NCBI GenBank assembly: GCA_964106645.2
Contig: OZ067045.1
Direction: 5' to 3' (one strand)
Source: Podarcis pityusensis
Taxonomy: Eukaryota
Length of the DNA: 64,000 nucleotides
The position numbers were made by a program, and so were the translations under genes. Below, piece after piece: positions 36,693-49,130 of the stretch (position 1 is its first letter; each line of letters opens with the position of its first letter). The notes under the pieces are model-generated. The model was given only the letters and a program-made list of their open reading frames with translations, did no database searches and was not told where the DNA came from.

Positions 36693-37989
36693 GTATGCAT
36701 AGAGCAGTTTGCCCTGGTGCAGCTACTGAAGTGGTCTTCTTCCTTTGGCAGCAACAGCGAGTCCATCCTGCAATGTTTGTTTATTTCAAAAAGTTTATAC
36801 ACTGCTTGATTGTAAAAAAAAGGGGGGGGGGCTCAGAGCAGTTTACCAAAGGATAAAACAAAAAAATCAAGAAAAAATCACAACCATACTGTTACACACC
36901 AAGAGCGGTGCAAGATCCCAGGAGTTGCAGACGTGCTTACAAGGGTTTGCGTATCCTTTTGGGAATAAGGCATGACAAAGACTGTGGTGTCTTTATGATA
37001 TATGGTTTTATTTGCACATATATACAACCTGCAATACCTCCTAGATTGAGGTATTGCAGAGCATTCATATCCTATGAGGGTCTGGCTTCCCCCATAAGGG
37101 CAGCACTGTATTCAAAGGACAGCAAAAAGCCATCCTCTGTGTCTTATAAAAGCTGATTGTGGAAAACAATCATCTTTCAAAGGCTTGTCTGACTCACACG
37201 GTTTTCAATAGACATTTGAGGGTAGTCAGGGAGTTCCACAGGGCAGGACCTTGTAAAGTCCCCTGTAAAGGCTGAGTGACCCTCGGGGATTTGAGGAAGC
37301 ACCATAAGCTCACTGGGCAACCTTGGGCCAGCCACGCTTTCTCACCCTGACCTACCTCACAGCATTGTTGTGAGGATAAAACAGGGGAGGGGGAGAACTT
37401 CTGGATGTATGGCAGCCCTATTAAAGTTAGCCCAAGAACCTTGAACCAGAAACTATGTGGCCAACTAAGTTTCAACAGTACATCCATGTTTGCTTCCCAG
37501 TTGCCCATTGACTTATGCTTTACAAATCTCACTGAGTCAAGTGTGGAGTTGCAGCCTTGACTGTTCAGGGCCTGTGAGGCAGGGCCTTCTCAGTTTTTCC
37601 TTCAAGAAATAATATTTGTTGAATAAAGCTTAAAACCCCCAAATGCCACAATACCCCACAAGCACTACAAAAACTGCAGCACCATGATAATGGCTCTGAG
37701 TCAGAGCACGAAACCGTGAGCAGCTGGCTCCCTGCTGAAACACCGTCGTCAGTCCTATCATTATGTCAACCGCTGCTTGGAAGGAACTCTGAACTTCTTC
37801 AGAATTGGCCCTTGTTTGGATCAAAGCCGTACATGGTCCTTCATTCCTTCTTGCTAGTTGTTTTTTTTTTAAGAGGGCTAAAAAAAAAAGATGGAAAAGA
37901 AATAAAAAAAACAGCAAGAAGCCCACTATTTATTGAGACTTAAGTGAAACTGAAAACATTTTAAAAGGCCAGAGAAGGGAGGGGTGGGG

Positions 37990-38770
37990 GGCCAAGGAGG
38001 TAATTGTTAAGACTGTCAGCAGGGGACTTCTGTGATAATTTGATCTGAACTCTGCTAACAAATCACCGCGCCCATTTCTTTTGCTTTAGTATCTGTTTAT
38101 GCTTCTACAAATTGAAACCCCACAGGCTATTCCTTGCAGAACGCAGCCCGGCACAATAACACATCAGCCTGTCAATTAGTTCAAGGTGGAGAAGGATTAC
38201 TTGACCATCCCAAACCTACAGGCCGACTCAATATTTTGTCTTTCCCTGCTGAGGTAAAAGGGTGCAGACATATGTAAGTAATAAACTAACAGGCTTCCAT
38301 CCACTTTAGGCTGAGTGGAAGGAATGCAGAACCAAACTATAAAATAATATGAGACGTAAAAGGGGGCAGCGGCAAGAGCTGGGGCAAACTCCGATCCTCC
38401 CCCCCCCAAAAAAAAGTCATCTAAATGAGGAGCTCCAAGATGCCCGTTAAGTTTTTAAAGATGTAACGATGGCTTTGTATTTTCTTTTTCTGCCCCCACC
38501 CTGCTCTTGCGGCATAACTGTTATGCTTTTGGCGTGCCAACCTTGAGAGCTGACATGAGATCAAAGAACTGATAAATGAGAGGAAAGGGGACGGCTGACC
38601 TCCTGGATTATTTTCTACAAGAATTTGGGGCTTTTTTAAAGCAATAAGAAAAGTCATAAATAACTGGCCCTCAAATATCTTGTGGCACCTTTCTTCCAGT
38701 GAAACACGAACAATAGCTAGATAACATTTGTATAGGGATATGTACATATGGCGGCACTTATACGTTTAAG
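37990..38770. promoter_or_regulatory. Candidate conserved non-coding enhancer cluster
   Basis: Repeat-free; CTGTCA motifs, TAATT, ATAAA motifs, CpGs retained. Confidence 0.33.
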
Positions 38771-39964
38771 GAGAAATAAATACTCCAACCCCCCCCCCCC
38801 GCAGAAAAAGGCCTTTGAACTGTTCCTTAAAAAAAAAAAAGAAGAAGCCAGCAGTTTATTTTAATGGAGCCTTGGAATAAATGTGATTTACAGGGTAGGG
38901 TTACCAGGCAAGCATATCCCAAAAAGGGCCCGAAATTTAGGCCAACATAATGAGATGCTTGAAGAATTGGACTCACCCCCCAAAATACCAGGAAATTTAA
39001 TAAGCTGTGTGTTGACCTCTTACATGTCCTCTTAATTTTACAACCAACATGTAAAGATGATTAGCACCAATCTGGCTCACTCAGTATGATCCCAGACAGT
39101 TGTGTTTTCAAGGTAAAGGTTCAGAATGCAGCACATTTCTGAGGCCACTGGATGTCACATATGCGAAAGTGTATGTTATTCATTAACACTTGGCTAGAGA
39201 AGGTCCCAGGTGCTAGTGTGCCACACAACCAAATGTGTGTGCTGTTGGACACACAGGCAACTGTGTATACTATCAGATGTGGTTTGGGTACAAATATCTG
39301 GAGGAGTCTCTCCTCCTATACAGACCTGCCCAGGGGTTGAGATCTGCAGAGGACGCCCTACTGCGGTTCTGCTGCCCTGCAAAGTTTGTGCAGTGGTGAG
39401 GCATGAGACAAACTACTTTGTGGTGGCTCCAGGGCTGTGAAATGCCCTCTCTTCCAAGCTGCATCTGACCTCATCAATGACATACATTGTGACATCAGAT
39501 TGAGACAAACCTTTTTGCACAGGCCTTTAGGGATGGAGGGTGAAATCAGAATATGCATTACTCAGTTAATTGTACTGAGCTGTTTGTAAAGCACCCTGGG
39601 GGTGCACGGTGAAGGGTGGAGTATAAATAAGAAAATGCTTGTGGTTGGATCTATTTTTGTTTCATCTTCAGGAAAGGCATGCATATATAATACAATCATG
39701 GGAGGCTTGTCTTCTGCCCTTTTCTTGCCTGCATTTTTTCTTATTACACTGTCTGCATTTTGTTGCATTACAGGTACTTTTCTGTTTGGAACTCAAAGCC
39801 TCCACTCTGTATGAGTGTCAAAGGAAAAGAAGGCAGGGAATGACAACCCTACAATGTATCTGTCTTCCTAGTAATTCCCACCACCACCGCCCCACTCTTT
39901 CATAAGGATAAACATCTAAGATCATAATAGAGTTTGCAAACTTTATCACCCTTGCTACTGTGAT

Positions 39965-40330
39965 TGAAATATACTCAGAGTCGCAAAGTGATTTCATGCT
40001 CTTTATTCAGCTCATAGTGGTGAGGAGGAATGGAAGTGCCCTCAAAGTATCTGCTTTATGTACATTATTTACACAATGGGCTGCACGTGATTGGCTAATT
40101 CCGGACTTATCCTGTAAGCCAATCAGGTTGTGGATTCACTTCTATCTGGAGCTGGATTGGGTGGCTCCTGCCGACCAATCATACTGCTGCATTGTTCTAG
40201 GACCAATCAGACTGCTGCATTCTGAATCCTATTGTTCTAGGACCAATCAGACTGCTGCATTTTGGATCCTATTGTTCTAGGATCAATCAGACTGCTGCAG
40301 TTTGGATCCTATTCAACTCAGTACATAACA
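39965..40330 (-). mobile_element. Solo LTR (366 bp) with CCAAT tandem array
   Basis: TG...CA termini, 5-bp TSD gtgat (39960-39964, 40331-40335), AATAAA on minus strand at 40002-40007, three 40-bp tandem units at 40191-40310. Confidence 0.88.
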
Positions 40331-43300
40331 GTGATTTTTACACAAACTGTCCCAGCCATTTTCTCAAGAGGGAGGGAGGGGAATCATATCATTGTGGGAA
40401 CTTTGCTTTTCCTTGACTATGCATAGACCTCAGTATATAGAGATGAGCACATCTTCATAAAAGCAGAAGGAAAAACTTTGGGGAGGGCTTACACTCAGTG
40501 GTAGACAGCATCTTTTTTTGCAGCAGTTATGTTTATCACATTTTTTTTTTTCTTGACCTTCTCCCGAAATCTCAAAGCAGCATATCTGTCTCCCCAAATT
40601 CATTTTATCTTCACAACAACCCTGTGAGGTAGACCAGACAGGCATAGCACTCCCAGCTCTAGCATATGGTCAATCAGTGAGTTACACTGTCTGAGCAGGG
40701 ATTTAAACCTTGATCTTTGAAGTCCTAGCCTGATTTGGAACCTTTGGCCCCCCAGATGTTGTTAGGTTTAAACTCCCATCTTCCCTGGCATTGGTCATGC
40801 TTGCTGTCTGCAGGGCCACTGGTCTCCCAGCCTGTTCTAGCCAGTGCACTTGAGTTATTTTATGCTCTGTTAGTTAACCTTATTTTTTGTTGTTGTTGCA
40901 AGGTGTGTTCAAATTGGCCATAAACTGATCAGAGCCTCTAGAATCGGGCTAGCTCAACAGAAGGTCCAAATACGTAAATGAGAATTAAAAAGGGAGCGGA
41001 GGGGGGAAATGGATAGATCCTTCCCTCCCCTTGCTTCTCTTTCCCAATTAGAGCACCCCAAACCACAAAAGACAAGCAGAATGTTTGCTTCAATTGCTTG
41101 CTGGCATTGCTGGCTTTGTTGTGGACCCATTAGAATAAGCAGAAAATTAACTCTGACAACACGTTGCTTAGTAAACAAACATAGGTTGATTGATGAAGAC
41201 AAACTGCAGAATTGCCCACAAAATGTTATTCGTCTGTCAAAGAGAAAGAGAGAGAGTCCTTTCTGAATCCTTTTACACCAGTTAAATGCAGTTTCCTTCT
41301 CAACAGAAGCAGCCAAGCAATTTAATAAATGTCTTTTAACATAATCTTAAATGACTTGGCTGCACAGAAATCCATTTATCATACAACAGAATTTCTATAT
41401 AGGGAATACAGCACAGATTTTAATTGATGTGGAAACATAAGATTTTGTTTAATATCCTCATAATCCTGCCCATTTTGCTAATGAGATTATGGATTTTTTT
41501 CCAGGTTTTTGTTTCTTATTTAAAAAGCAAACCAATAAATTATGTGGTGTGCACTAACTATTCTTACACAGATAGAGAGTTTAATAAAAACCCTGCTTGG
41601 TTGCCATCCCAGCAAATCGCTTGCAACACAACTGTAAAGAAATTACATGGAATTAAGGGCCAAACTACATGTTAGATTTATTTAGTGGAGGTGGGAAATG
41701 GATCTGAGCTAGCAAGGCTGCTTTGTACAGGTATGGCAAAGAGGGTGGATTCAGGTCACCCAACCTAAAACTATATTACAATGCCTTTCAGATTTGACAT
41801 TGTTTAAGCTCCTTAAGAATGAACCAGAGACTCACTCTATCCAACTATCAAGGCTCTTCCATTTCTGTCTACCTTGAAAAAAGATATCCTTGAATTATGA
41901 AATCCTTTTCTTCACCCCTCACTTAAAGTATGGGAATTCTGGGTTCAGAAATTACCGGTAATTCCAGATAGTTCTCCTTTACTCCCTTTCTTAGACCACC
42001 TGCAAGTTTGTGACCTGTCAAAAGATAGTCAATATAAGGGCTAGAAGGAAAAAGGTTTATACTCTATCCAAGATTTGTTCCCTTCACCTCCTAACAGTTA
42101 AAAGACTTATTAGCACCTGCACAAACTACTTGGCTTCAAAAGCTCACGTGCAGACTTTTGCTGTTGCTTACCTTAACATTCACTTGCCATCTTTGAAAAA
42201 CTGTGCTATGTCCATTCCAGATGGATGAAGAGTGAGATACCTGTTCTTTACCAGAGAAGGTACCTCACTCTTCATATCATATTCATGATAATCGGTATCA
42301 GAAGAAGGGGAGCTTGTATTGAATATGAGCAGATATAGGGGAAATATCTGAAGGTGACTGGAAGGCAGTATGGCGGCCATCCTCTTTTAAATCGATCTTT
42401 GCACTTGTCAAGGAACAATCACTTAAATTAATTCAGTGGTGGTACCTAATGCTAGTGTGTTCACATTATATTGGGGCTTGGCTTTTTCTCTTTGTTGCGG
42501 TGTGTGCTGTATTAATGGGACTTATTTTCTCTTACGATGGGAATATCAGGCCATAAGCAGGGTTCAGTGTGCTTTCTAACATTCTGAATATTACAGTGAT
42601 TAAAGACCCAGGTTTGCTATCATTATTCTGAGGTGCAAATAAATATATTTTGTTTAAGCCATCAACAATCCATTTCCTGGCAGCAGCCGAGCTGGAGATC
42701 TCATTCTTACAAAGAAATGATTGCTTATTAACTATGCAAAACTTGTATGATAGGGTTTGGAAGGTTGCGCTTGTCAACAAACTAACAAAACATTGCAAAG
42801 TAGTCAGAGGCAAGATTACTTCTTCACCAGAGGAACCTAGACCATCTTTTCATCACTTTTCTCTATGGAGAGTTATGTTCTTCTGAACTTCATCTTGTTA
42901 TTCCAGGTTTTCTTTATTTAGACACCATGTCACTGACTCTCTCCAAGGTTAACAGAGGCTGTTGTTAACTTTGCAAGTCTGTTGCTGTCATCAGTCTTAT
43001 ATGTTTGATATTCTTTCCAAAGTGTGTAATGAGGACACATGGCTCACTTATGTTTCTATCTTTTCTCAGTGTGATCTTTGGATTGTTTTCATTGTTTTCT
43101 ATCAGTTTCAATGTTTTGTCTGTAATAAAAAATAAATTGCTAAACACTGCTGAAAGGCAGTGCACTTTTTAATGTTAAGAAAAATGTTTCTCCAATGTGC
43201 CCTCTTTCCGCTCAACCCTAGTTTTACCCCTTGGCCATACTGATCTGGACAGATAGATCCGTCTTATGGATCTGTCACTTGCTGTTTTCGTAAGCGTACA

Positions 43301-44884
43301 TCTGTTTGGAGTGGGTATTTTTTTTTTTAGTACTTGCTTTCTAGAAACCTATTTTAAATTGTTCTTGTAAACCACTTCTGAACAGCAGGAGAGGTGCTGA
43401 AATAATAACGAAATAAAACAGCAACAACCAAATAAATAAAAATGAAGAGGGGATAGCGGCAAGGCTGATTTTGACGCATTGCTTTCAACGAACCCGTCAA
43501 ATCTTTGGCTGCACATCTCTAGTGCTGGCATCGTTTTTTGCTTCACCCACCGTTGAAATGAATGAAGCAGTCACAGTCAGTCAGTTGCAGCTGTTTGCTC
43601 CAGTCTTAATTCCACAGAGATAATGCTAATTGTCAGCTTCTCCTGGATATGCCCCAACCTACTCATTGTGCTTTATTCTTTTTCCCAAGCAGCATGAGCT
43701 TCCACCCACTGTTCCTAATTGCTGTACATTTCCTGTTCTTACCATCCACACCTGAGTTTCCAGTCACAGGCTGATAAAAGGACAAATGAAGGGGAACCCA
43801 CCTTCCAGCTGTTGTCCCATGGAGCATCAAAGCTTCAGCCGAGATGGGGAATGCCGCCGAAACAACGTGAGCAGTCCTTAGGAAAATCGTTTGCAATAGC
43901 AAATTCCCCACCCTGTTCGTCATGGGAATGGAAGGAGGAAACCACCGAAAGGAAGTGGGGGGAAATAGGAGAGAGGAGAGAGAGAGAGAGAAATTAAAAT
44001 ATCAAAGCAAATTGGAAATGATATTTTCATACAGCCACTACAGGCTTCATGATTTCATAGGGAAATGTTTGAAATGTTTTCCCTTCTTGAACTTCCTTAC
44101 ACGTCTCTCCATCATGCATTTTTTAAAAAGCTATAGTCCTATCTATACTGTTGCTGTTATTTTATCATCACCATCTAATGCTAAGTTCTGTAACTACTGC
44201 ATAGCTACTGCTAAAATGAAGCAGTCCCTGCTTATGGGTTCATAATCTAATAGGCACAGTGCAAAGAGGGCAAAAAGCAATCAAGAGGAAAGAAAGCATT
44301 GGGGAAGGCATCAAGGACTAGGCTATCAGGGGCTACTTGCAGTGATGGCAGTGGTCACTGGTCCCTTGGAGCAAATGGGGCACTGCCCAACATCAGACTG
44401 CCCTCAGCCAGCCTCCACGTGTCTGACTTATTAGGAAATTACTTACAACCATCTTAATAGCTTCCTCCTCCTTAATTGTTGCCCCCTGCAGAATTAAGCA
44501 AGGAGGAGGATGTCTCTGACTTAGTAGTCTCTGCCTGTCATTAACTCTGGTGCCACCTTCTGTTGGCCTCCCTGCCTTCTGCCCCACAACTTCCCAAGGG
44601 CACCCGCCACCATTGTGCGATAGCTATGCTGGCAGAGGCCCTATGCTTCTGAATTTCAGTTACTAGGAATTGCAAAAGGGGACATTGCTGTTGCACTCAG
44701 GTCCTTTTTGCAGTTTTTCCACAGGCAACTGATGAGCCACTGTGAGCACTGGATGATGGACTAAATGGAGGTTTGACCTGAACCAGCAGAGATCTTCATT
44801 TGAAGCTGCTCCTTAAGTGGCCAAAGGATGGGGCAAGGTTGGTTACCCCTTTGTTATTACGTTTTCTCCTTCTCTTGTAACTTG

Positions 44885-45205
44885 TGGACATCCAGGGACA
44901 TCCATTGGAAGATTCAGGACAGGTTTTTAAAAAGGACTTCTTCATGCAGCACTTAGCTAAACTAGGGAACTCGCTCTCATAGGAGGCAACAATGGCCACC
45001 AACTTGAATGTCTTTAAAAGAGGACTGGACAAATTCATGGTGGATAAGGCTATCAATGCAAATGAATACAAATTGTTGGGAACTGCAGGTGGGCAGATGC
45101 TCTTGTGCTCAGGTCCTGCTTGCAGGTTTCCCACGGGCATCTGGTTGGGCACTGTGAGAGTGGCCATTGGCCTGATCCAGCAGGCTATTCTTATGTCATT
45201 ATGCT
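44885..45205 (+). mobile_element. CR1 LINE ORF2 C-terminus plus 3'UTR
   Basis: Translates ..ATNLNVFKRGLDKFM.., the typical CR1 ORF2 end; a second CR1 3'UTR lies just upstream (44620-44800). Confidence 0.85.
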
Positions 45206-45579
45206 CTCCCTGGGAGGCAAGGGGTACAGTTCCCCAGAGACCCTAGATCCCCATTCCAGGGGCAAAGGCCATAGTAGGCCTCCCTTCGGCCTTGCAATCC
45301 TGTGAAACTGTGGACTGAAATTTATTTAACAATCATCCTTTCCAAACAAGGCAGGAATTGTAGTCTTCTGACTAGGGCCCTCTTCGCAGGAATTCTCAGT
45401 ACCTTGCCAAGCTGCAGTTCCTAGGATTCTTGGAGAAGTGGGGAGCCACAACATTTAGTCTGATAGGGAGACGGGAATATGCGGTAATTTCGACAACTAT
45501 AAAGATGACCAGGCAAATTCATGAAGGGTGATAGGTCTATCGGTGGTTATTAATAAAGAAAACTTCCAGATATAGGGAT

Positions 45580-45883
45580 TGTTGTTGTTGTTTAGTCGTT
45601 TAGTCATGTCCGACTCTTTGTGACCCCATGGGCCAGAGCACGCCAGGCACTTCTGTCCTCCACCACCTCCCGCAGCTTGGCAAACTCATGCTGGTAGCCT
45701 CAAGAACACCGTCCAACCATCTCGTCCTCTGTCGTCCCCTTCTCCTTGTGCCCTCAATCTTTCCCAGCATCAGGGTCTTTTCCAGGAAGTCTTCTCTTCT
45801 CATGAGGTGGCCAAAGTATTGGAGCCTCAGCTTCAGGATCTGTCCTTCCGGTGAGCACTCAGGGCTGATTTTCTTAAGAATGG
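45580..45883 (-). mobile_element. BovB LINE 3' end, 5'-truncated
   Basis: ORF MRREDFLEKTLMLGKIEGTRRRGRQRTRWLDGV; (CAA)n tail; 8-bp TSD atagggat (45572-45579, 45884-45891). Confidence 0.95.
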
Positions 45884-46854
45884 ATAGGGATAGTACTGGA
45901 CAAACAAGCCAGTTTTATTTTGATGAAAGAAAGGAGAGGAAAGGGGGGGATGGCAGCATGGCTCCAGTCTTGAAAGTATTCTCAATCTGAACTGAAACCC
46001 TGCACCAGTTTCTTGCCCAAAATTGCCTCCTTCCCTATCTGCTGTTTGCACCCACCCACTTATGCCCACCAAATATTTTGCTGGGGGTCTTGCTTCAAAT
46101 GGGCCTTCTTGTTCCTTGTCCCCGGAGTCTTGGTCAACTTAATTCATAAAATGCATGGGTAAAGAAATAAAAAATAAAGATTCTTGTGTAGGCCTTCTGC
46201 CTCTTTTAGGAGATTCCTGGACATTTCTCCATACCAATAAGTTGTTTTCAGCAGAGCCATTCAGTGTATGTAATTAATTGCCAAGACACTTCTTGATAGT
46301 GACAATGCTAATGCACAATTCACAGAACTGAAAGGAAACTTTCATATTCTGCTGCTGTTGTTTTTCATTGTCATTGTTCTACATCAGAAAAACACAGAGC
46401 TCCTCAAGAGACATCTGAATTCTATTTGCCTAAAAGCATGTTCTTTAAATAAAAATGGTGTTTGGAGAAAAATCTATTCGTTTCCTCCTTGTAGACTGAA
46501 ATGTCTGTCCTCTCAAGGGGAATAAATTTTAATTTACTGTAATTTTTCTTATGGTTTTTCACTTAGAATATCACTGCAAACAAAGAAGGAGAGAACACAA
46601 GCTCCCTGTAAGCAGAATAGAGTAAAACCAAATTAAGTATATTTTTTAAAAAGAAAATCAATAAAGTAATTATCAGGCTGTACTCTAGAGGAGATCCAAA
46701 AAAGCGTATGTACCTATGCTCTTAAGAAGCGTTCCTTTAAAAACATTTGTATAGCACCTTGTATAGTGTTTATGGCATTTAACATCACTATTTATGCTCC
46801 AATTGGGTGTTGGTTGTTTTTCCAGCACTTCTTCTCCACCCTGAGTTTCCTAGA

Positions 46855-47036
46855 TTGAAAGTCTAAGATCTGCATCAGAAGTCTTGTTTTTGTGCCCACC
46901 AGTGAAATCAGCTAGGTTGGTGGGCATACAAGAGACAGGTCCTTCTTGGTGGTGGCTCCACAACTGTGGAGCTTTCTTCCAGCTGACATTCACTTGAATC
47001 CTTCAGTGCTGGTATTCACAAAGGCCTTGAAAATTA
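46855..47036 (+). mobile_element. Old L2 3' fragment, interrupted by a Tc1/mariner element
   Basis: ..RDRSFLVVAPQLWSFLPADI..VFTKALK; continues after 47729. Confidence 0.65.
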
Positions 47037-47727
47037 CCGTATTTTTGCACCATAACACTCACTTTTTTCCTCCTAGAAAGTAAGGGGAAATGTCTGTGCG
47101 TGTTATGGAGCGAATGCCTACGGGTGGCGGGGGGGCATCTGCTGCAGTTGTGAGCAGAAGATCCATGGTTCCCCTTCCTTCCCTCCTCCATGGCTCGCTT
47201 TGAAACAGCAAAGCGGGAGAGGAACCGCTTACACAGGTGTAAGCGGCTCCTATCTGGTTGGCTGCTTTAAACCGTGCTCTCTGTCCCTCTCTCCTCCCCA
47301 CTCAGCTCACTAAATAGCAGCAAAGCTTTTCAGCTCTCTAAGCCGGGGAGGAGGGAGAGAAGCAGAGCCTGTTTGTTTTAAAGGAGCAAAGCAGGAGAGG
47401 GGAGGAGCCTTCTCCCCTTTACCCATCTTCTGCATTATTAGCAGCATCCTTCTCCACACACCTCACACATGCTCCTTGTCCCTGGAGTGCTTTTCCTTCC
47501 CTCCCCACTTAAAACATGGTTACAAAGCACAGATCCACATGGATCCTCAGGATTTTTGCATTGGGCTACCCCAAACTCACTGTCAGATCACATGTCTGTG
47601 GCCACAGCATGAACCACAAAAATCATACATCCACTGTTTCGTTTAGAATATTTTTTTTCTTGTTTTCCTCCTCTAAAAACTACGTGCGTGTTATGGTCAG
47701 GTGCGTGTTATAGAGCGAAAAATACGG
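47037..47727. mobile_element. Non-autonomous Tc1/mariner (Tc2-like) element, 691 bp
   Basis: TA-CCGTATTTTT...AAAAATACGG-TA, subterminal gtgcgtgtta repeats at both ends. Confidence 0.88.
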
Positions 47728-47841
47728 TACTTTTTTTTTTAATACTGCCTTTCCTTAATAGAATGTTGATCTAATTAAGTACCCCCTGTGCATCTTTTGG
47801 ATGTGTCCATTCAGTGCTTTGGACTCTCTCTGTCACTCTGT

Positions 47842-48093
47842 AAGAAGAAGAAGAAGAGTTTGGATTTGATATCCCGCTTTATCACTACCCTAGGGAGTCT
47901 CAAAGCGGCTAACATTCTCCTTTCCTTTCCTCCCCCACAACAAACACTCTGTGAGGTGAGTGGGGCTGAGAGACTTCAGAGAAGTGTGACTGGCCCAAGG
48001 TCACCCAGCAGCTGCATGTGGAGGAGCGGAGACACGAACCCGGTTCACCAGATTACGATACTACTGCTCTTAACCACTACACCACACTGGCTC
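47842..48093 (-). mobile_element. Squam3-type SINE, young subfamily, full length
   Basis: Reverse complement of 3902-4175; (TTC)n tail; A and B boxes present. Confidence 0.88.
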
Positions 48094-48844
48094 CTAAGTA
48101 AGGACTTAAAAACGAAGGATAAATTCATTCAGCTTACATTTGAATGCAAACCCATCCAATATGAACTTCCTGAATCAATATGGGAACCAAAACACAAATT
48201 GTGTGATGCAGTTCTCCAAAGCCCCCCCCCCCCAATGTTATTAGGCTAAATGCTGCACAAAAATATTTATATTAGTAAAAATAATATACAAAATGCATTA
48301 CACCGGGAAAATTGCTTGCAAAAACATCTAGATAAGGCAAAACTGTGTACAAAAATGCATATCTTAGGTGACCTGCTGGTAAAAATGTGTACAAATTTTC
48401 ATGTGGACTTTAAAAACATATTAACAAAATGTTTTGGAAATGGTGAAAACTCAGTGTAAGACGGAGGGGAAAGAGATACTATGAGAAACTGAAATTGATA
48501 GCCTCTTCCATCCACAGAGGGCTGAGAAGTGAGGAATAAATGAATAAGGAATTGATAAATTGGAGTGCATTTGCAAGTAGCATAATTTTCTTCAGCACTT
48601 TTTGAGGGAGCTTTTGGTGTATCAGTCATCTCCTAATCTTGATGTGTTGATTAGCTCTCTTGGACAGAATCAACATGGATACAGGCTGTACACCTGTTGG
48701 TCCCCATCACATGATCTCTAAAAATGCAAGGTAGCTAGAAATGATGCAGGGAAATATTTTACAAGCATGAGGAATGCACATCTGGAGGATCTGTGTAGAA
48801 CAGCCAGTCAGTACACAGCAGAACTCAAATAAAAAGAAACCAAA

Positions 48845-49130
48845 TAAGAACATAAGGACCTGCTGGATCAGGCCAAGGCTCATCTAGTCCAGCATCCTGT
48901 TCTCACAGTGGCCGACCAGATGCCTGTGGGAAACCTATAAGCAGGATGCACCTGCAAGGGCACTCTCCCTTCCCATGGTTTCCAGCAACTGATATTCAGA
49001 AGTATTACTGTCTCTGGCCATAGAGGCAGAGTATAGCCAACATGGCTAGTAGCCACTGGTAGCCTTCTCCTCCATAAATTTATCCAGTCCTCTTTTAAAG
49101 GTGAAGGTAATCAATGCATCCTGTAGGAAT
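48845..49130 (-). mobile_element. CR1 LINE 3' end
   Basis: ataagaacataag...ctgctggatcaggcc...catctagtccagcatcctgttctcacagtggcc. Confidence 0.85.

Noticed and set aside
36272-36802. 176-aa ORF
   Set aside because: Spans a hAT MITE; no protein-like composition or splice support
40173-40310. Regular 40-bp repeats as a CRISPR array
   Set aside because: Head-to-tail with no unique spacers, inside a TSD-flanked LTR, in eukaryotic DNA
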